64,000 bases of DNA from an uncultured virus (IMG/VR IMGVR_UViG_3300025732_000034). Lineage: Duplodnaviria > Heunggongvirae > Uroviricota > Caudoviricetes. The stretch lies in the IMG/VR virus record IMGVR_UViG_3300025732_000034. One strand, 5' to 3'. The notes below the pieces were generated by a model, which had not been told where the DNA came from, made no database searches, and was given only the letters and a program-made list of their open reading frames with translations. Position numbers and translations under genes: made by a program. Positions 32,291-41,432 of this stretch are shown in pieces. How positions within the stretch are numbered: the first letter of the stretch is position 1; each line of letters begins with the position of its first letter.

Positions 32291-34491
32291 TGGGGCATCC
32301 CTTCAGGTTGCATCATGGGCGGTTGCTCGGGAGCCATCTCGGCACCCACGGGCATCTCAGGCATCTCTTGCCCTTCGTGTCCCATGACCAGATCGTTACT
32401 GTGCATGGCTGCGGCCACAACGCCCATCGCAATATCCTGAATCTGTTGCTCAGTCATGCCAGCCTGGACCGCAGCAATGCGCTTGGTTTCGGCATTGTAG
32501 GCTTCGATGTCGGCCTTGAACTCTTTGATCGCAATGTCGCGGGCTTCAATGGACTGCTGCACGTTTTGCAGCATGCCAGCCATCTGTTGCATCTCTTGGT
32601 TCATGGCCTCGATCTGCTGTTTCGCAGCAGCCAGTGCCGGATTGTCCTCGTCGTCGCCAATAATGGCCGGATCGATGACCTTAGCGAAGCGTTTCGCCAT
32701 CTCTTGCGAACCCGGCCAGTCCATGTTTTTGATGAACAGGTCGCCAGCCACTTTCCACAGGTCTGGGTTGCCTTGCAGCAACTGAGCCATCGACTCGAGC
32801 GACTCTTGACGCTTGGTTTGGAAGCCAGGACCGGTGATCACGCGGACATCGTACTTGCCAACGCCAGGGTTGTAGACCTTTTCGATCACGATGCCTTGCT
32901 CGTTCTTGATCTTTTTGACCGGCTCTTGCTGCATCGGGTTAATCTTGACCATGCCCGACTCGCCGTCTTCTTGAATGATGCGGGCGATGCGCTCGGTGTC
33001 GTAAATCTTGGGGATCAGGTCCACAAGTTGACGACCGACGTAGCGGATCATGCGGGCGTAGTTGTCAACGTAGTGGTAGGTGCCGGTGTCGGACTCACGC
33101 TGACGCGCCAGGATGGCCTTGCCAGAGCGTTCGTTGGACGTTTGGCCCAGCGATGCGTTGTACTGACCCGTCGTGCTCTTGATGTCGTCAGAAGCGCCCA
33201 TTTTGGCCTGAATCAGACCCGTTTGAGGCAGAGGTGGGGCCGCACGTTGCGGAAGCGGCAAAACGGCTCCCTGGCCGTCTGTGACATCAGGGTTGACTTC
33301 AAGGTAAGGCCAGTTTTGCGTGTTGGCCGTTTTCCACTGATTCTCATACCCTTCAAACTGACCACCGTAACCGATGAACGGTGCTTTGGGGGCCAGCGCC
33401 AGCATCTCGGCTTCCTGCGAAGTCCAGTAGTTGTACATGCGCTGCGCGTCTTTGGCGTTACGCACAAGGCCACTGACGTACAAACGACCCTCAACCTCGA
33501 ACTCGTTGCCCACGCAGCGGATCACGGGGATGTGAGAACCAGCCCAGTCGGCCCGCTCAAGCACCTCGTAGCCGTTGATCTTGAGCCATTTGATGCGTTT
33601 GCGATCAGATTGGCGCTGCTTCAGGGGCTTGATGAACTGCTTTTTGAGCATCCTGTCTTCAGGAGTGCCCTCAAACGCAGTCACGTTGCCAGGGTATAAA
33701 TTCAGCGTTTCGCGGGTGTTTTCGATGTAGAAATACTCGGCGATACGGACCGTGTTCTCGTTGAGCCACTGGCTGATGGACTGGTCGCCCACGCCCAGGG
33801 TCTGCAAAGTGGTCAGAGGTGAGGCGTTGGGGAACTGGCGTTCGTACTCGTCACGCGGCAGGTCTTCGGTGATGAAGCACCAGCGGGCATCAGCGCCGCA
33901 AGGGTCTTGAATCAGCGGGTCCATGTAGACCGAGAAGCTGTTTCGGATGCGACCGATTTTGATGTCCTGATTGAACGTGGCAGCGTCGCAGTATTCGGTC
34001 AGGATACGCACGTAGCCTTCACCGTAGGCCACTTGGTTCTCGCATGCGGTGTCGTAGGCTACGTCAGCATCGGAGATGTACTCGATGTGACGGATGACAC
34101 CGTTAAAAATCTCGGCCACTTCAACGTCGGCCTTGTCATCGACGGGGATGACTTTGGGCTGCGGGCGATTTTGTCGCTGCTCGTTGGTGACTTGGTGAAC
34201 GTGCTGGGGCAGCTTGTTGATGGTCAGGCAGGGGCGGGCGTTGATGGTCTGCCCTTGCACTGCACCACGGGTCGCCAGCACATCGGCGGGCCACTGCCAG
34301 TGGTTGTCGGGTGAGCCTGCATAGAAACGCAGGTCATCGAGTTCGTCTTCACGCGACTCTGACAACGCAGAAATCGCCATGTCGAGGCGGCTGCGGGCGG
34401 TCGAGAGGACTTGCGCGTCGCTTTTGTCCTTGGCCGAGCCGCCTTCACTGACCGCACCGGCAGCGACGACTCCTGTGTAGTCTTGCGGCAT
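32287..34491 (-). CDS. Portal protein, P22 family
   Basis: 734 aa. DLRF..G..QW, RP.LTINK, G.G..R, GLVR..KD.QR.YNY, SG.AI..RQ, IP..YDT.R, GKYDV....GP...T.R. Confidence 0.9.
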   Translation of the reverse strand: MPQDYTGVVAAGAVSEGGSAKDKSDAQVLSTARSRLDMAISALSESREDELDDLRFYAGSPDNHWQWPADVLATRGAVQGQTINARPCLTINKLPQHVHQVTNEQRQNRPQPKVIPVDDKADVEVAEIFNGVIRHIEYISDADVAYDTACENQVAYGEGYVRILTEYCDAATFNQDIKIGRIRNSFSVYMDPLIQDPCGADARWCFITEDLPRDEYERQFPNASPLTTLQTLGVGDQSISQWLNENTVRIAEYFYIENTRETLNLYPGNVTAFEGTPEDRMLKKQFIKPLKQRQSDRKRIKWLKINGYEVLERADWAGSHIPVIRCVGNEFEVEGRLYVSGLVRNAKDAQRMYNYWTSQEAEMLALAPKAPFIGYGGQFEGYENQWKTANTQNWPYLEVNPDVTDGQGAVLPLPQRAAPPLPQTGLIQAKMGASDDIKSTTGQYNASLGQTSNERSGKAILARQRESDTGTYHYVDNYARMIRYVGRQLVDLIPKIYDTERIARIIQEDGESGMVKINPMQQEPVKKIKNEQGIVIEKVYNPGVGKYDVRVITGPGFQTKRQESLESMAQLLQGNPDLWKVAGDLFIKNMDWPGSQEMAKRFAKVIDPAIIGDDEDNPALAAAKQQIEAMNQEMQQMAGMLQNVQQSIEARDIAIKEFKADIEAYNAETKRIAAVQAGMTEQQIQDIAMGVVAAAMHSNDLVMGHEGQEMPEMPVGAEMAPEQPPMMQPEGMPQ

Positions 34492-34494
34492 GGT

Positions 34495-34680
34495 TTACTT
34501 GATTTTGTTCAAAACTTTGGCAACCGTCGCCTTGACGTTGGTGCCGCTGGGGATGCTACCGTGACAGCCCATACCGGGCATCTTGGAGTAGGTTTCTTTG
34601 TTGCGGTCGGGCATACCAGCGCCGGACATTTTGGGTTCGCGGGCGTTGAGTTTGGCAATGGGTTCGAGTTTGTTGCTCAT
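34495..34680 (-). CDS. Small basic protein
   Basis: 61-aa ORF coupled to the upstream gene. Confidence 0.6.
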   Translation of the reverse strand: MSNKLEPIAKLNAREPKMSGAGMPDRNKETYSKMPGMGCHGSIPSGTNVKATVAKVLNKIK

Positions 34681-34826
34681 TTTTTACCTTTCGGGGATGA
34701 TTTTGCAGCGGCGCGTTTGACACTGTATGCGATGGCGACGGCCTGTTTGACTGGTTTACCAGCCTTGACTTCGGCTTTCACGTTCTTGCGGAACGCTTCT
34801 TTGCCTGTGCTTTTGACGAGTGGCAT
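34677..34826 (-). CDS. Small Lys-rich protein (MPL.K...K.AF..N...E..AGKP.KQAVAIA)
   Basis: 49 aa, start reassigned to the ATG at 34,826. Confidence 0.7.
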   Translation of the reverse strand: MPLVKSTGKEAFRKNVKAEVKAGKPVKQAVAIAYSVKRAAAKSSPKGKK

Positions 34827-34827
34827 A

Positions 34828-34983
34828 TCACTTACCTTTCTTTGCTGTTTTCGCAGACTCGCGGAACGCTTTGTCGGTAGGTGCGCCCTTGGTCCCCGGC
34901 TTACGCATTTTCTCTTTGCTGCCAGCGGCAATTCTTGCCTGTTTAGCGTGAATGTTAGCGTAGAGTCCGGGTTTTGTCGCCAT
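34828..34983 (-). CDS. Small Lys-rich protein (KPGLYANIHAK..RI..GS.EKMR)
   Basis: 51 aa, start reassigned to the ATG at 34,983. Confidence 0.7.
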   Translation of the reverse strand: MATKPGLYANIHAKQARIAAGSKEKMRKPGTKGAPTDKAFRESAKTAKKGK

Positions 34984-34985
34984 GA

Positions 34986-35246
34986 TCAGCACTTCCAGCG
35001 TTTGAGCGATGCTTTGGCGCGTTCCGCGTCGCCTTTGGCGTGTTTGACAACACCTTCCATTCGGGCGCAAAACGAGGCTTTACGACCCGCATCGGCTTTG
35101 GTTTTGGGGTTTGGGGCTGGCGCTTTTAACTTGCTACCAGTCGCAGCGTTGTACTTCTCGCGCCCTTTGGCAGTCAAGCCTGCTCCCTTGGACACGGGCA
35201 GCTTCTCGCCCCGTCCAACGCTGAGAGACACGCTTTTCTTTGCCAT
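34986..35246 (-). CDS. Small basic protein (DUF6321-like)
   Basis: GLTAKGR..YN..TG.KLK.P, RK.SFCARM, L.RW.C. Confidence 0.7.
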   Translation of the reverse strand: MAKKSVSLSVGRGEKLPVSKGAGLTAKGREKYNAATGSKLKAPAPNPKTKADAGRKASFCARMEGVVKHAKGDAERAKASLKRWKC

Positions 35247-36791
35247 TTACGCTCCCATCCAAGAGGTTGTGATACCCTGCATTCCCATCGGTCTGCGGAC
35301 ATCTGTGCGCGGATTGTACTCCCGGTGGGCGACAGGAAACGCGAAGGTAACTGCCAGCGCATCTGCTGCATCTGGTGAAGCCAATCCTCTTGCTTTCATT
35401 TCCTTCTTGCCCTCCAAGAATATGGTGCCAGCGGAGTTGGGCTTCTTCATGGGGCCGGTCAGGTCAGTTTTTAACTGTCTGTCCTGGGGAAGTGCCGCTG
35501 TTTTCAGCCATTCCCGCATCGCGCCCCACATTTCAGCCCGTTTGTTACCCCACATGACAGGGTTCTTCGCTTTCCAGCCAAAGTTTACCCCACGGACTTT
35601 GTACCTCTGCTCGTTCAATCTGTCAAGTATCCCGTAACCCAGGCCACCCTCGTCGATCACGGTCAGCGTGGGCTTGAACTCCTCGATCATGTCGATGACG
35701 TTGCCAACAGTCGTCATGGTGTCGTCACCCTTGAACCGCCGTATCGCCACGATGTCGCGCCCCTGGCGCACCACCATGACTGTGGAGTCCATGCCACCAC
35801 GGGCCGGATCGACACCGAGCACCACGGGTGCGCTCATGTCCTTGTACCTGGGCCGCTTCATGGCATCCTCAACCACTGATGGCATGATGAACTGGTCGTC
35901 CCCAGACTTAGGGAAATCCCCATACACCTCGACGCGGGCTTCGTCGGAGTCTTCACCGTACTCGGCGATGATCTGCTCGTAGATCGACTTGTCGGTGCCC
36001 TCGACGGTCCGTGCGTCGATCTTTCTGCTTCTCCAAAAGTCCCGCTTGTTGCCGTCCACCGCCTCGTAGAAGTACCCAGTGTTGCGACGACCGTTGGAAA
36101 ACGCCAACCAGTAGCGATCCAAAATGTTCTCTGTGAAGAAGCCCGCAGCCACGGACCAGATCGAGTCGGGGATACCGCTGGCCTCGTCGAAGATCACCAT
36201 CATGCCGTCCATGTTGTGAACACCGGCGTATGCGTCTGGGTTCTCCTCGCTCCACAGTTTGCCCTCAGCGCCCCAGTAGCGTGTGCCCTTCTTCAAGTCA
36301 CGCTCAACCAGATCGGTCAACCACGCAGCAGGTGCGAGTTTGGTAGCCGATGGCTCCCACCAGTGCGCGTTGATGCTCATCGTGGCCCACTTGGTCAACT
36401 CACCCCAGGTAACCGTTCGCAACTGTGTCTCGCTGTTGGCTGACACCACGACAGACGAGCCAATGCGAGTTGTCAGCATCCACAGGATCAGCCACGACAC
36501 GAGTGCAGATTTACCGACACCGCGTCCTGACGATACGGCTTCACGCAACGCATCGATCATCTCATCGGCGCTTATCCGTCCTCGGTTGTCTTTGATGAAC
36601 TCGGCAATCTCACGAAGCACCTCGCGCTGCCATTTCCTCGGTCCCTTGAACCTCTCAAGCGGTGTGTTTGGCTGACCCCACGGGAACGCAAACAACACGA
36701 AAGTCTCTGGGTTGTCTGCAATCTGCGGACTCCACAACTGCGTCATCAGCAGTTGCTCCTCCTCGGGTGAGTATCTGAGTCGCTGCATCAC
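35247..36791 (-). CDS. terL: Terminase large subunit
   Basis: Walker A SGRGVGKS, Walker B VIFDEASG, nuclease motifs GVDPARGG.D and SPD.ADALA. Confidence 0.9.
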   Translation of the reverse strand: MMQRLRYSPEEEQLLMTQLWSPQIADNPETFVLFAFPWGQPNTPLERFKGPRKWQREVLREIAEFIKDNRGRISADEMIDALREAVSSGRGVGKSALVSWLILWMLTTRIGSSVVVSANSETQLRTVTWGELTKWATMSINAHWWEPSATKLAPAAWLTDLVERDLKKGTRYWGAEGKLWSEENPDAYAGVHNMDGMMVIFDEASGIPDSIWSVAAGFFTENILDRYWLAFSNGRRNTGYFYEAVDGNKRDFWRSRKIDARTVEGTDKSIYEQIIAEYGEDSDEARVEVYGDFPKSGDDQFIMPSVVEDAMKRPRYKDMSAPVVLGVDPARGGMDSTVMVVRQGRDIVAIRRFKGDDTMTTVGNVIDMIEEFKPTLTVIDEGGLGYGILDRLNEQRYKVRGVNFGWKAKNPVMWGNKRAEMWGAMREWLKTAALPQDRQLKTDLTGPMKKPNSAGTIFLEGKKEMKARGLASPDAADALAVTFAFPVAHREYNPRTDVRRPMGMQGITTSWMGA

Positions 36792-37342
36792 TGCTCCAGT
36801 TGTTTGGGTTCAACGTCAATCACTTCAGCTTCGATCACTCGCATCTGCGCTTGCTGGAGCGCCTCAGTGATCGAGATCGATCCGGCCACCTCGACCTGCT
36901 TGACCTCACCATAGCGCTTTTTGTTCCAAGCGCCCATGAGCCACTTGCGAGTGTCGATCTTTAACTTGGACCGTTGCACATCCTCGATGCTGTCTTCCGC
37001 ATCAGCGATCTCGAGAATCTCACCGGCGATGAACTCGGTCCTGCTTTCTTGCGCTTCTTTGAATCGCTCATGGCGCATCGGGTCACGCTTGATCCAGCGC
37101 AAGAAATCCTCGTAGCTGATCACTCGATAGTCATCTTCGAGAAGTGACTGCAAACTTCGGCCCCGATACACCTGTTCGATGACGCGCTCAAACATCTGCT
37201 GATACTGGGTGTGCAGCAGTTCCCGCGACTCCTGTGGGAGCCGTGGTGGTTTGGGGTCGGGCACGGACAGCCAGTTGGGCAATTCGATGGATTGTTCACT
37301 GGCGACAGCCGTGCCTACGGGATTAGGGTTGCCTTGTTCCAT
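36788..37342 (-). CDS. terS: Terminase small subunit (Sf6-like)
   Basis: GRSL, FLRW, EILEIAD, V.RSKL.IDTRKW.....K.YG. Immediately upstream of terL. Confidence 0.8.
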   Translation of the reverse strand: MEQGNPNPVGTAVASEQSIELPNWLSVPDPKPPRLPQESRELLHTQYQQMFERVIEQVYRGRSLQSLLEDDYRVISYEDFLRWIKRDPMRHERFKEAQESRTEFIAGEILEIADAEDSIEDVQRSKLKIDTRKWLMGAWNKKRYGEVKQVEVAGSISITEALQQAQMRVIEAEVIDVEPKQLEQ

Positions 37343-37354
37343 AGTAGGTGTGAG

Positions 37355-37397
37355 TGTATACGTTTTCTGGGAACGTGTGTCAAGTGACCCACTGGGT
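37355..37397 (-). promoter_or_regulatory. Putative terS/late promoter with the palindrome just upstream of -35
   Basis: Minus strand TTGACA (37,383-37,378), 17 nt spacer, TATACA. ACCCACTGGGT at 37,387-37,397. Confidence 0.55.
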
Positions 37398-37564
37398 TCT
37401 AGGATTCAAAAAATAAAAAAATTCCGTGCGGACCCTACGGCGCTGGACCCTTGGGCCGTCGGCCCTCCCCCACCCCCTCGACCCAAATCAACCCTCCAAA
37501 ATCACGGGCACCGGGAGCGCGGCTCCCGTGGCTCCGGCTCCCGCGTCTCCGTGGCTCCGCGCTC

Positions 37565-37951
37565 ACCCAATGAGCTGGAGCAATTAACCCGATGGGTATT
37601 GATCCAATGGGTTACAGACACACAAAATCTGGGATTCTCGAGCGCTCACCCAGTGAGCGGGAATTCCCTTGAGGCTCTCACCCAATGGGCCACAGAAACA
37701 TAGGAATTCCCTTTCCCATTGGGTCAATTCGAGGGAGTGTGACAATTGTTACTTTCGCGCAGGCGACCCCCCAGATTGATACTTTTTCCATTGGGTCTTT
37801 TTTTTCAGAATCCTTGAATCCTTACCCTTGAGATAAAAGGGCAATTTGTCACAGTTTGCTAACTCATTACCCAATGGGCCACGGATACTCAATACCCATT
37901 GGGTTTACTGGGTTATTTCATCGAATGCTTGACACGGCTCACCCAATGGGC
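37565..37951. promoter_or_regulatory. Cluster of about 10 (A)CCCA(A/T/G)TG(G/A)G quasi-palindromes, copy 2
   Basis: For example at ~37,565, 37,587, 37,603, 37,648, 37,680, 37,714, 37,787, 37,869, 37,894 and 37,941. Confidence 0.7.
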
Positions 37952-37957
37952 CACAAT
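37929..37957 (+). promoter_or_regulatory. Early promoter, copy 2
   Basis: TTGACA, 17 nt spacer containing ACCCAATGGGC, then CACAAT. Confidence 0.7.
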
Positions 37958-38017
37958 GTATCCGTGGCTCAAGTGAGCCGCGCTCTCTGTAACCCGTAAC
38001 CCGTGAGGAGTAAGACT

Positions 38018-38158
38018 ATGACCAAATCCGAATTTGCAGCATTGTGTGAAAAGTACACAATCCCTCCATCATTGGCTCTCGAGAATCCCGCAATTGTGGA
38101 GGCTCTCCGTGAGCGAGATGATGCGGAGGTAGAGCGTGTATTGCGTGAGGAGTATTGA
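38018..38158 (+). CDS. 46-aa early protein
   Basis: Translated by hand (MTKSEFAALCEKY...). GAGGAG RBS after the TAACCCG repeat. Confidence 0.7.
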   Translation: MTKSEFAALCEKYTIPPSLALENPAIVEALRERDDAEVERVLREEY

Positions 38159-38159
38159 G

Positions 38160-38294
38160 ATGAACAATCATCGAGACTATCCATACATGCGTGAGCGTGA
38201 GGAGCGTGAGCCGCATTGGCTCCTCATCATTGGAGGAGCCGCGCTCACGCTCGCGGCTTTGTGGATTGTGTGTGTCTTTCTTTTTTCTCTGTAA
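38160..38294 (+). CDS. 44-aa early membrane protein
   Basis: MNNHR...PHW.LI.G.A...VFLFSL, homologous to 635-781. Confidence 0.7.
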   Translation: MNNHRDYPYMREREEREPHWLLIIGGAALTLAALWIVCVFLFSL

Positions 38295-38311
38295 CTGTGA
38301 GGAGTAACCCA

Positions 38312-38848
38312 ATGAGTAACTTATTTGAACAATTCGAGGGAGCCGATTTGGAGCGGCTCATAGCTTGCCTGAATGAGGTCAAACTGGCCGGAATGAGTGT
38401 AGACAAACACACTCAAGCCGGAGTGAATCAAGGCTCTGGGAATGTCTGGGTTTGGAATGAAGACTGGCCGGGTTGTGTGTATTGCTCTATCGGTTTCGAT
38501 GTTTCGTGGTGCTACTCATGCCCTGATTGTGGTGAGGAGCATGATTTTGAGACTTATGACGAAATGGCCGATTATGCGGAGCGTTATCCCGGAGCGTGTA
38601 AATCATGTAAGCCGCGTTATCTGGCCGGATGGAATTTTCCCGGATATCTCCCAGACGCGGAGCCGGTGGAATTTGAGGAGCCGGATGATGCGCTCGAATA
38701 TGTCCGGGATTTAATGCGCGAAGATGCTCAAGGGAATGGATGGAGCCGCGAAGATGAGGAGACTATCGACACAATCGAGAGCGACAAAGCCGGAGAATTT
38801 GGGGCCACAGTGTATGGCCGTCATTACTTTGTAACTGTGGAGGCTTGA
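38312..38848 (+). CDS. Acidic early protein with CxxC motifs
   Basis: GAGGAG RBS, ATG at 38,312. CVYC, CPDC, CKSC and a D/E-rich C-terminal half. Confidence 0.75.
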   Translation: MSNLFEQFEGADLERLIACLNEVKLAGMSVDKHTQAGVNQGSGNVWVWNEDWPGCVYCSIGFDVSWCYSCPDCGEEHDFETYDEMADYAERYPGACKSCKPRYLAGWNFPGYLPDAEPVEFEEPDDALEYVRDLMREDAQGNGWSREDEETIDTIESDKAGEFGATVYGRHYFVTVEA

Positions 38849-38851
38849 ATC

Positions 38852-38977
38852 ATGACAGCATTGGAAATTTACCAATTGTTAGATGGAGCAGGTATTAAAT
38901 TTGAGGTAATTGAGATATTCGAGGGCTCTCGATTTATCCGAATTGAGGTAATTGAAGAAATAGATGAGGAGGCTTAA
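38852..38977 (+). CDS. 41-aa acidic early protein
   Basis: Translated by hand (MTALEIYQLLD...EEIDEEA). GGAGG RBS. Confidence 0.65.
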   Translation: MTALEIYQLLDGAGIKFEVIEIFEGSRFIRIEVIEEIDEEA

Positions 38978-38980
38978 ATC

Positions 38981-39274
38981 ATGGAAACAGTACAAATTGA
39001 GGTTTATTCATTCGATGAATTGAGCGCGGAGACGCTCGAGCGCATGCGCTCCGATGTATCCGAATTTGTGGAGAGTAACAAAGCCGCGCTCCGTGAATCT
39101 GGGTTATCTGATGAGCAAATTGGCCACGATTTTTGGCTCACCCGTAATGGCCACGGAGCGGGATTCTGGGATCGTGGAATTGGCCCCATTGGAGACACAC
39201 TCACTCGAGCCGCGAAGCACTCCGGGAGCGCGGATTTGTACATCGGAGATGATGGAAACATTCACCAATTTTGA
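38981..39274 (+). CDS. Early protein with GHDFWLTRNGHGAGFWDR motif
   Basis: 97-aa ORF with a GGAGG RBS. Confidence 0.75.
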   Translation: METVQIEVYSFDELSAETLERMRSDVSEFVESNKAALRESGLSDEQIGHDFWLTRNGHGAGFWDRGIGPIGDTLTRAAKHSGSADLYIGDDGNIHQF

Positions 39275-39285
39275 GGAGAAATACT

Positions 39286-39597
39286 ATGTTTGATTCACTG
39301 ACAATTGCAGAGCGTGAGCGTTTGGCATACGCGGAGGGATTCACGGAGACGGCTCGAGTATTGGGCCAAACCGATGATGCACAAACAGAGCGAGACGCGT
39401 TACTCGATGAGGTAGAGCGGCTCCGTGATGAATTGCGGGATTTGCAGCGAGAAACCCAGGATTATGCGGAGTATCGCGCATTTTTTGAGGAGTGTTTCGA
39501 GCATCTGGCCGGACATTATCCGGCTCCGTCTGTAACCTCAGACTATGACAAATCCGTGATTTTCACGGCTATCGATAACGCAGAGGGAGCCGCATGA
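39286..39597 (+). CDS. Early coiled-coil protein (LAYAEGF family) with C-terminal extension
   Basis: GAGGAG RBS. N-terminal half is homologous to 2061-2252. Confidence 0.75.
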   Translation: MFDSLTIAERERLAYAEGFTETARVLGQTDDAQTERDALLDEVERLRDELRDLQRETQDYAEYRAFFEECFEHLAGHYPAPSVTSDYDKSVIFTAIDNAEGAA

Positions 39598-39668
39598 TAA
39601 CGGCTCTCTTAATTGCACTCGCGGGAGCAATTTTGCTCCCGTTAATAGCCCATTTTCTTGATTTGTAG
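39594..39668 (+). CDS. 24-aa hydrophobic peptide MITALLIALAGAILLPLIAHFLDL
   Basis: Homologue of 2249-2323. Confidence 0.7.
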   Translation: MITALLIALAGAILLPLIAHFLDL

Positions 39669-39689
39669 AGCGAGACACGCTCACCCAGT

Positions 39690-39718
39690 ACCCGGAGACA
39701 CGCTCTCCGGGTTTTTTT
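39690..39718 (+). terminator. Intrinsic terminator
   Basis: CCCGGAGA-CACGC-TCTCCGGG followed by T7. Confidence 0.8.
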
Positions 39719-39742
39719 GATCCCGTATTTTGGAGGCTTAAT

Positions 39743-40042
39743 ATGTCACAGTACACACAATCCGCGCTCTCTCATCGGCTCATCGAATTGCGCTCCCGTC
39801 TCAATTTTTCACAGATTCAAATGGCCGATTATTTGGGAGTGTCTGTATTCACGCTCCGCAAATGGGAGAGCGGAGAGCGTAACGCGGGAGCCGCGCTCAT
39901 CCGGCTACTCGATGTTTTGAATTTTTTGGAGGTCTTTGCTCCCGCGCTTCACGCTGGGTTTTTGCCCACAGAATCGAGTCATGTCCGAAAATCCAGATTG
40001 AAAAGGTCAACCGATTCGGTCATGTCAGAAAATCCACTTTGA
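39743..40042 (+). CDS. XRE-type HTH regulator
   Basis: SQ.QMADYLGVSVFTLRKWESGER. Confidence 0.8.
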   Translation: MSQYTQSALSHRLIELRSRLNFSQIQMADYLGVSVFTLRKWESGERNAGAALIRLLDVLNFLEVFAPALHAGFLPTESSHVRKSRLKRSTDSVMSENPL

Positions 40043-40056
40043 AGGAGTCAACCACC

Positions 40057-40281
40057 ATGAACGCCAATGACCACTACGAACGCCTTTATGGCGACCTGGG
40101 CCTGTCACCCAAGGACGCGGCCCGCTGGGTCTTTGCATCAGGCTGGAACAGCGCCCTCGAGGAGTTTATGAAGCGCCTGAACACCATGCCACTGGGTGAC
40201 GACACCCGCGCATCGTTTGCCGTGTATGTCGGGCAGATGATGCACGTTGACCCGTCCGAGATCGAGGGGAGAATGCAATGA
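40057..40281 (+). CDS. Conserved hypothetical protein (array left anchor)
   Basis: Homologue of 2948-3172. Confidence 0.8.
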   Translation: MNANDHYERLYGDLGLSPKDAARWVFASGWNSALEEFMKRLNTMPLGDDTRASFAVYVGQMMHVDPSEIEGRMQ

Positions 40282-40628
40282 GCATAGAAGCAATGAAACA
40301 GGCGCTGGATGCGTTGGAGTACGCCGGCAAGGATGATTTTTGGCGCTATCAAAATGAAGCAATCACATCCCTACGCCAAGCCATAGAGCAGGCTGAGAAG
40401 CAAGAGCCTGTGGCGTGGATTGAGCACCACAAAGGCGGTGATAACTTAGTTTGGGATGAGCCAAACAAAGGAACACCCCTCTACACCCACCCACAACCAA
40501 AGCGTGAATGGGTCGGGCTGACGGATGAGGAAATTGAACAAGGCTGTAAAGAGTCTTGGGTAACTTTACAAGCATGGCAGTCCGCTGTCTGGTGGGCGGA
40601 AGCCAAACTCAAGGAGAAGAACACATGA
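40278..40628 (+). CDS. Modular cassette protein
   Basis: All four shared repeats, with different inserts from 3169-3606. Confidence 0.8.
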   Translation: MSIEAMKQALDALEYAGKDDFWRYQNEAITSLRQAIEQAEKQEPVAWIEHHKGGDNLVWDEPNKGTPLYTHPQPKREWVGLTDEEIEQGCKESWVTLQAWQSAVWWAEAKLKEKNT

Positions 40629-41008
40629 GCATAGAAGTAATGAAACAAGCGCTTGAGGCGTTGGAATTTCATAGTGCTGGCGATGAGGTTGATGAGCAAA
40701 TCATTACATCCCTACGCCAAGCCATAGAGCAGGCTGAGAAGCAGGATGCGTGGAAGCCCAACGACACAGCATACCGACCCGGAGGACTGCCGCAAGACTT
40801 CATCGTGCATGAGGTTGAGAATGAAGGCGACTGGTCAGAGTGGGTCTGCCCTGACCCAGAACAATACTTCATGAAATGCTGCGACTGCGGTCTGGTACAT
40901 GAGATGCAGTTCAAGGTCGTCAAGTACTCAGTGGGTGACGAGTGTGATGGCGTTGACGATCCCGATGTGCGGGGAATTTTTAGAGCAAGGAGAATAAGCA
41001 ATGCCTAA
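40625..41008 (+). CDS. Modular cassette protein with CCDCGLVH zinc-ribbon-like C-terminus
   Basis: Start at 40,625 (ATGA overlap). Carries the two N-terminal repeats. Confidence 0.75.
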   Translation: MSIEVMKQALEALEFHSAGDEVDEQIITSLRQAIEQAEKQDAWKPNDTAYRPGGLPQDFIVHEVENEGDWSEWVCPDPEQYFMKCCDCGLVHEMQFKVVKYSVGDECDGVDDPDVRGIFRARRISNA

Positions 41009-41432
41009 ATACGAACATGGATTAACGTTTAAAGAATGTTACGTATGCGCTTCGCCAAAGCATGCAGCGCAGGCTGAGAAGCAGGAGCCTGTGATTGGCA
41101 CAAAGACTTGGTATGAGGACGGAAAAGTTATCACGCAGAACCTGTACCCGTCTGACGTTTACAAGCAAGAGAAGCAGGAGTCGGTGGCGATCTATCAATA
41201 CCAATTGGCGAGTGGTTCGTGGATTGACCAAACAAAAAACAGTTACGACTACAACGTTCGCCACGGTCAAGCGACTGTTCGGGTTGTCTACACCACCCCA
41301 CAACCACAGCGTGAATGGGTTGGGCTGACTCAGCAAGACATCGACATTGCCTTTGATGACACGCAAGAGGGTGGTGGGTTTAATGAGTTTGCCGAAGCCA
41401 TAGAAGCCAAACTCAAGGAGAAGAACACATGA
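41001..41432 (+). CDS. Modular cassette protein
   Basis: QAEKQEPV and KQEKQESVA partial repeats, plus a WVGLT...KLKEKNT end. Confidence 0.75.
   Translation: MPKYEHGLTFKECYVCASPKHAAQAEKQEPVIGTKTWYEDGKVITQNLYPSDVYKQEKQESVAIYQYQLASGSWIDQTKNSYDYNVRHGQATVRVVYTTPQPQREWVGLTQQDIDIAFDDTQEGGGFNEFAEAIEAKLKEKNT

Larger units (their letters stand above)
25..37405. mobile_element. Complete-looking podovirus-type phage genome, copy 1 (~37.4 kb)
   Basis: Contiguous early, replication, lysis, virion and terminase genes. The sequence at ~35-97 recurs at ~37,428-37,489. Confidence 0.9.

Noticed and set aside
37400..37430. att site of tandem integrated prophages
   Set aside because: No integrase or host genes in the window. 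The junction looks like a normal terS/early-region adjacency.
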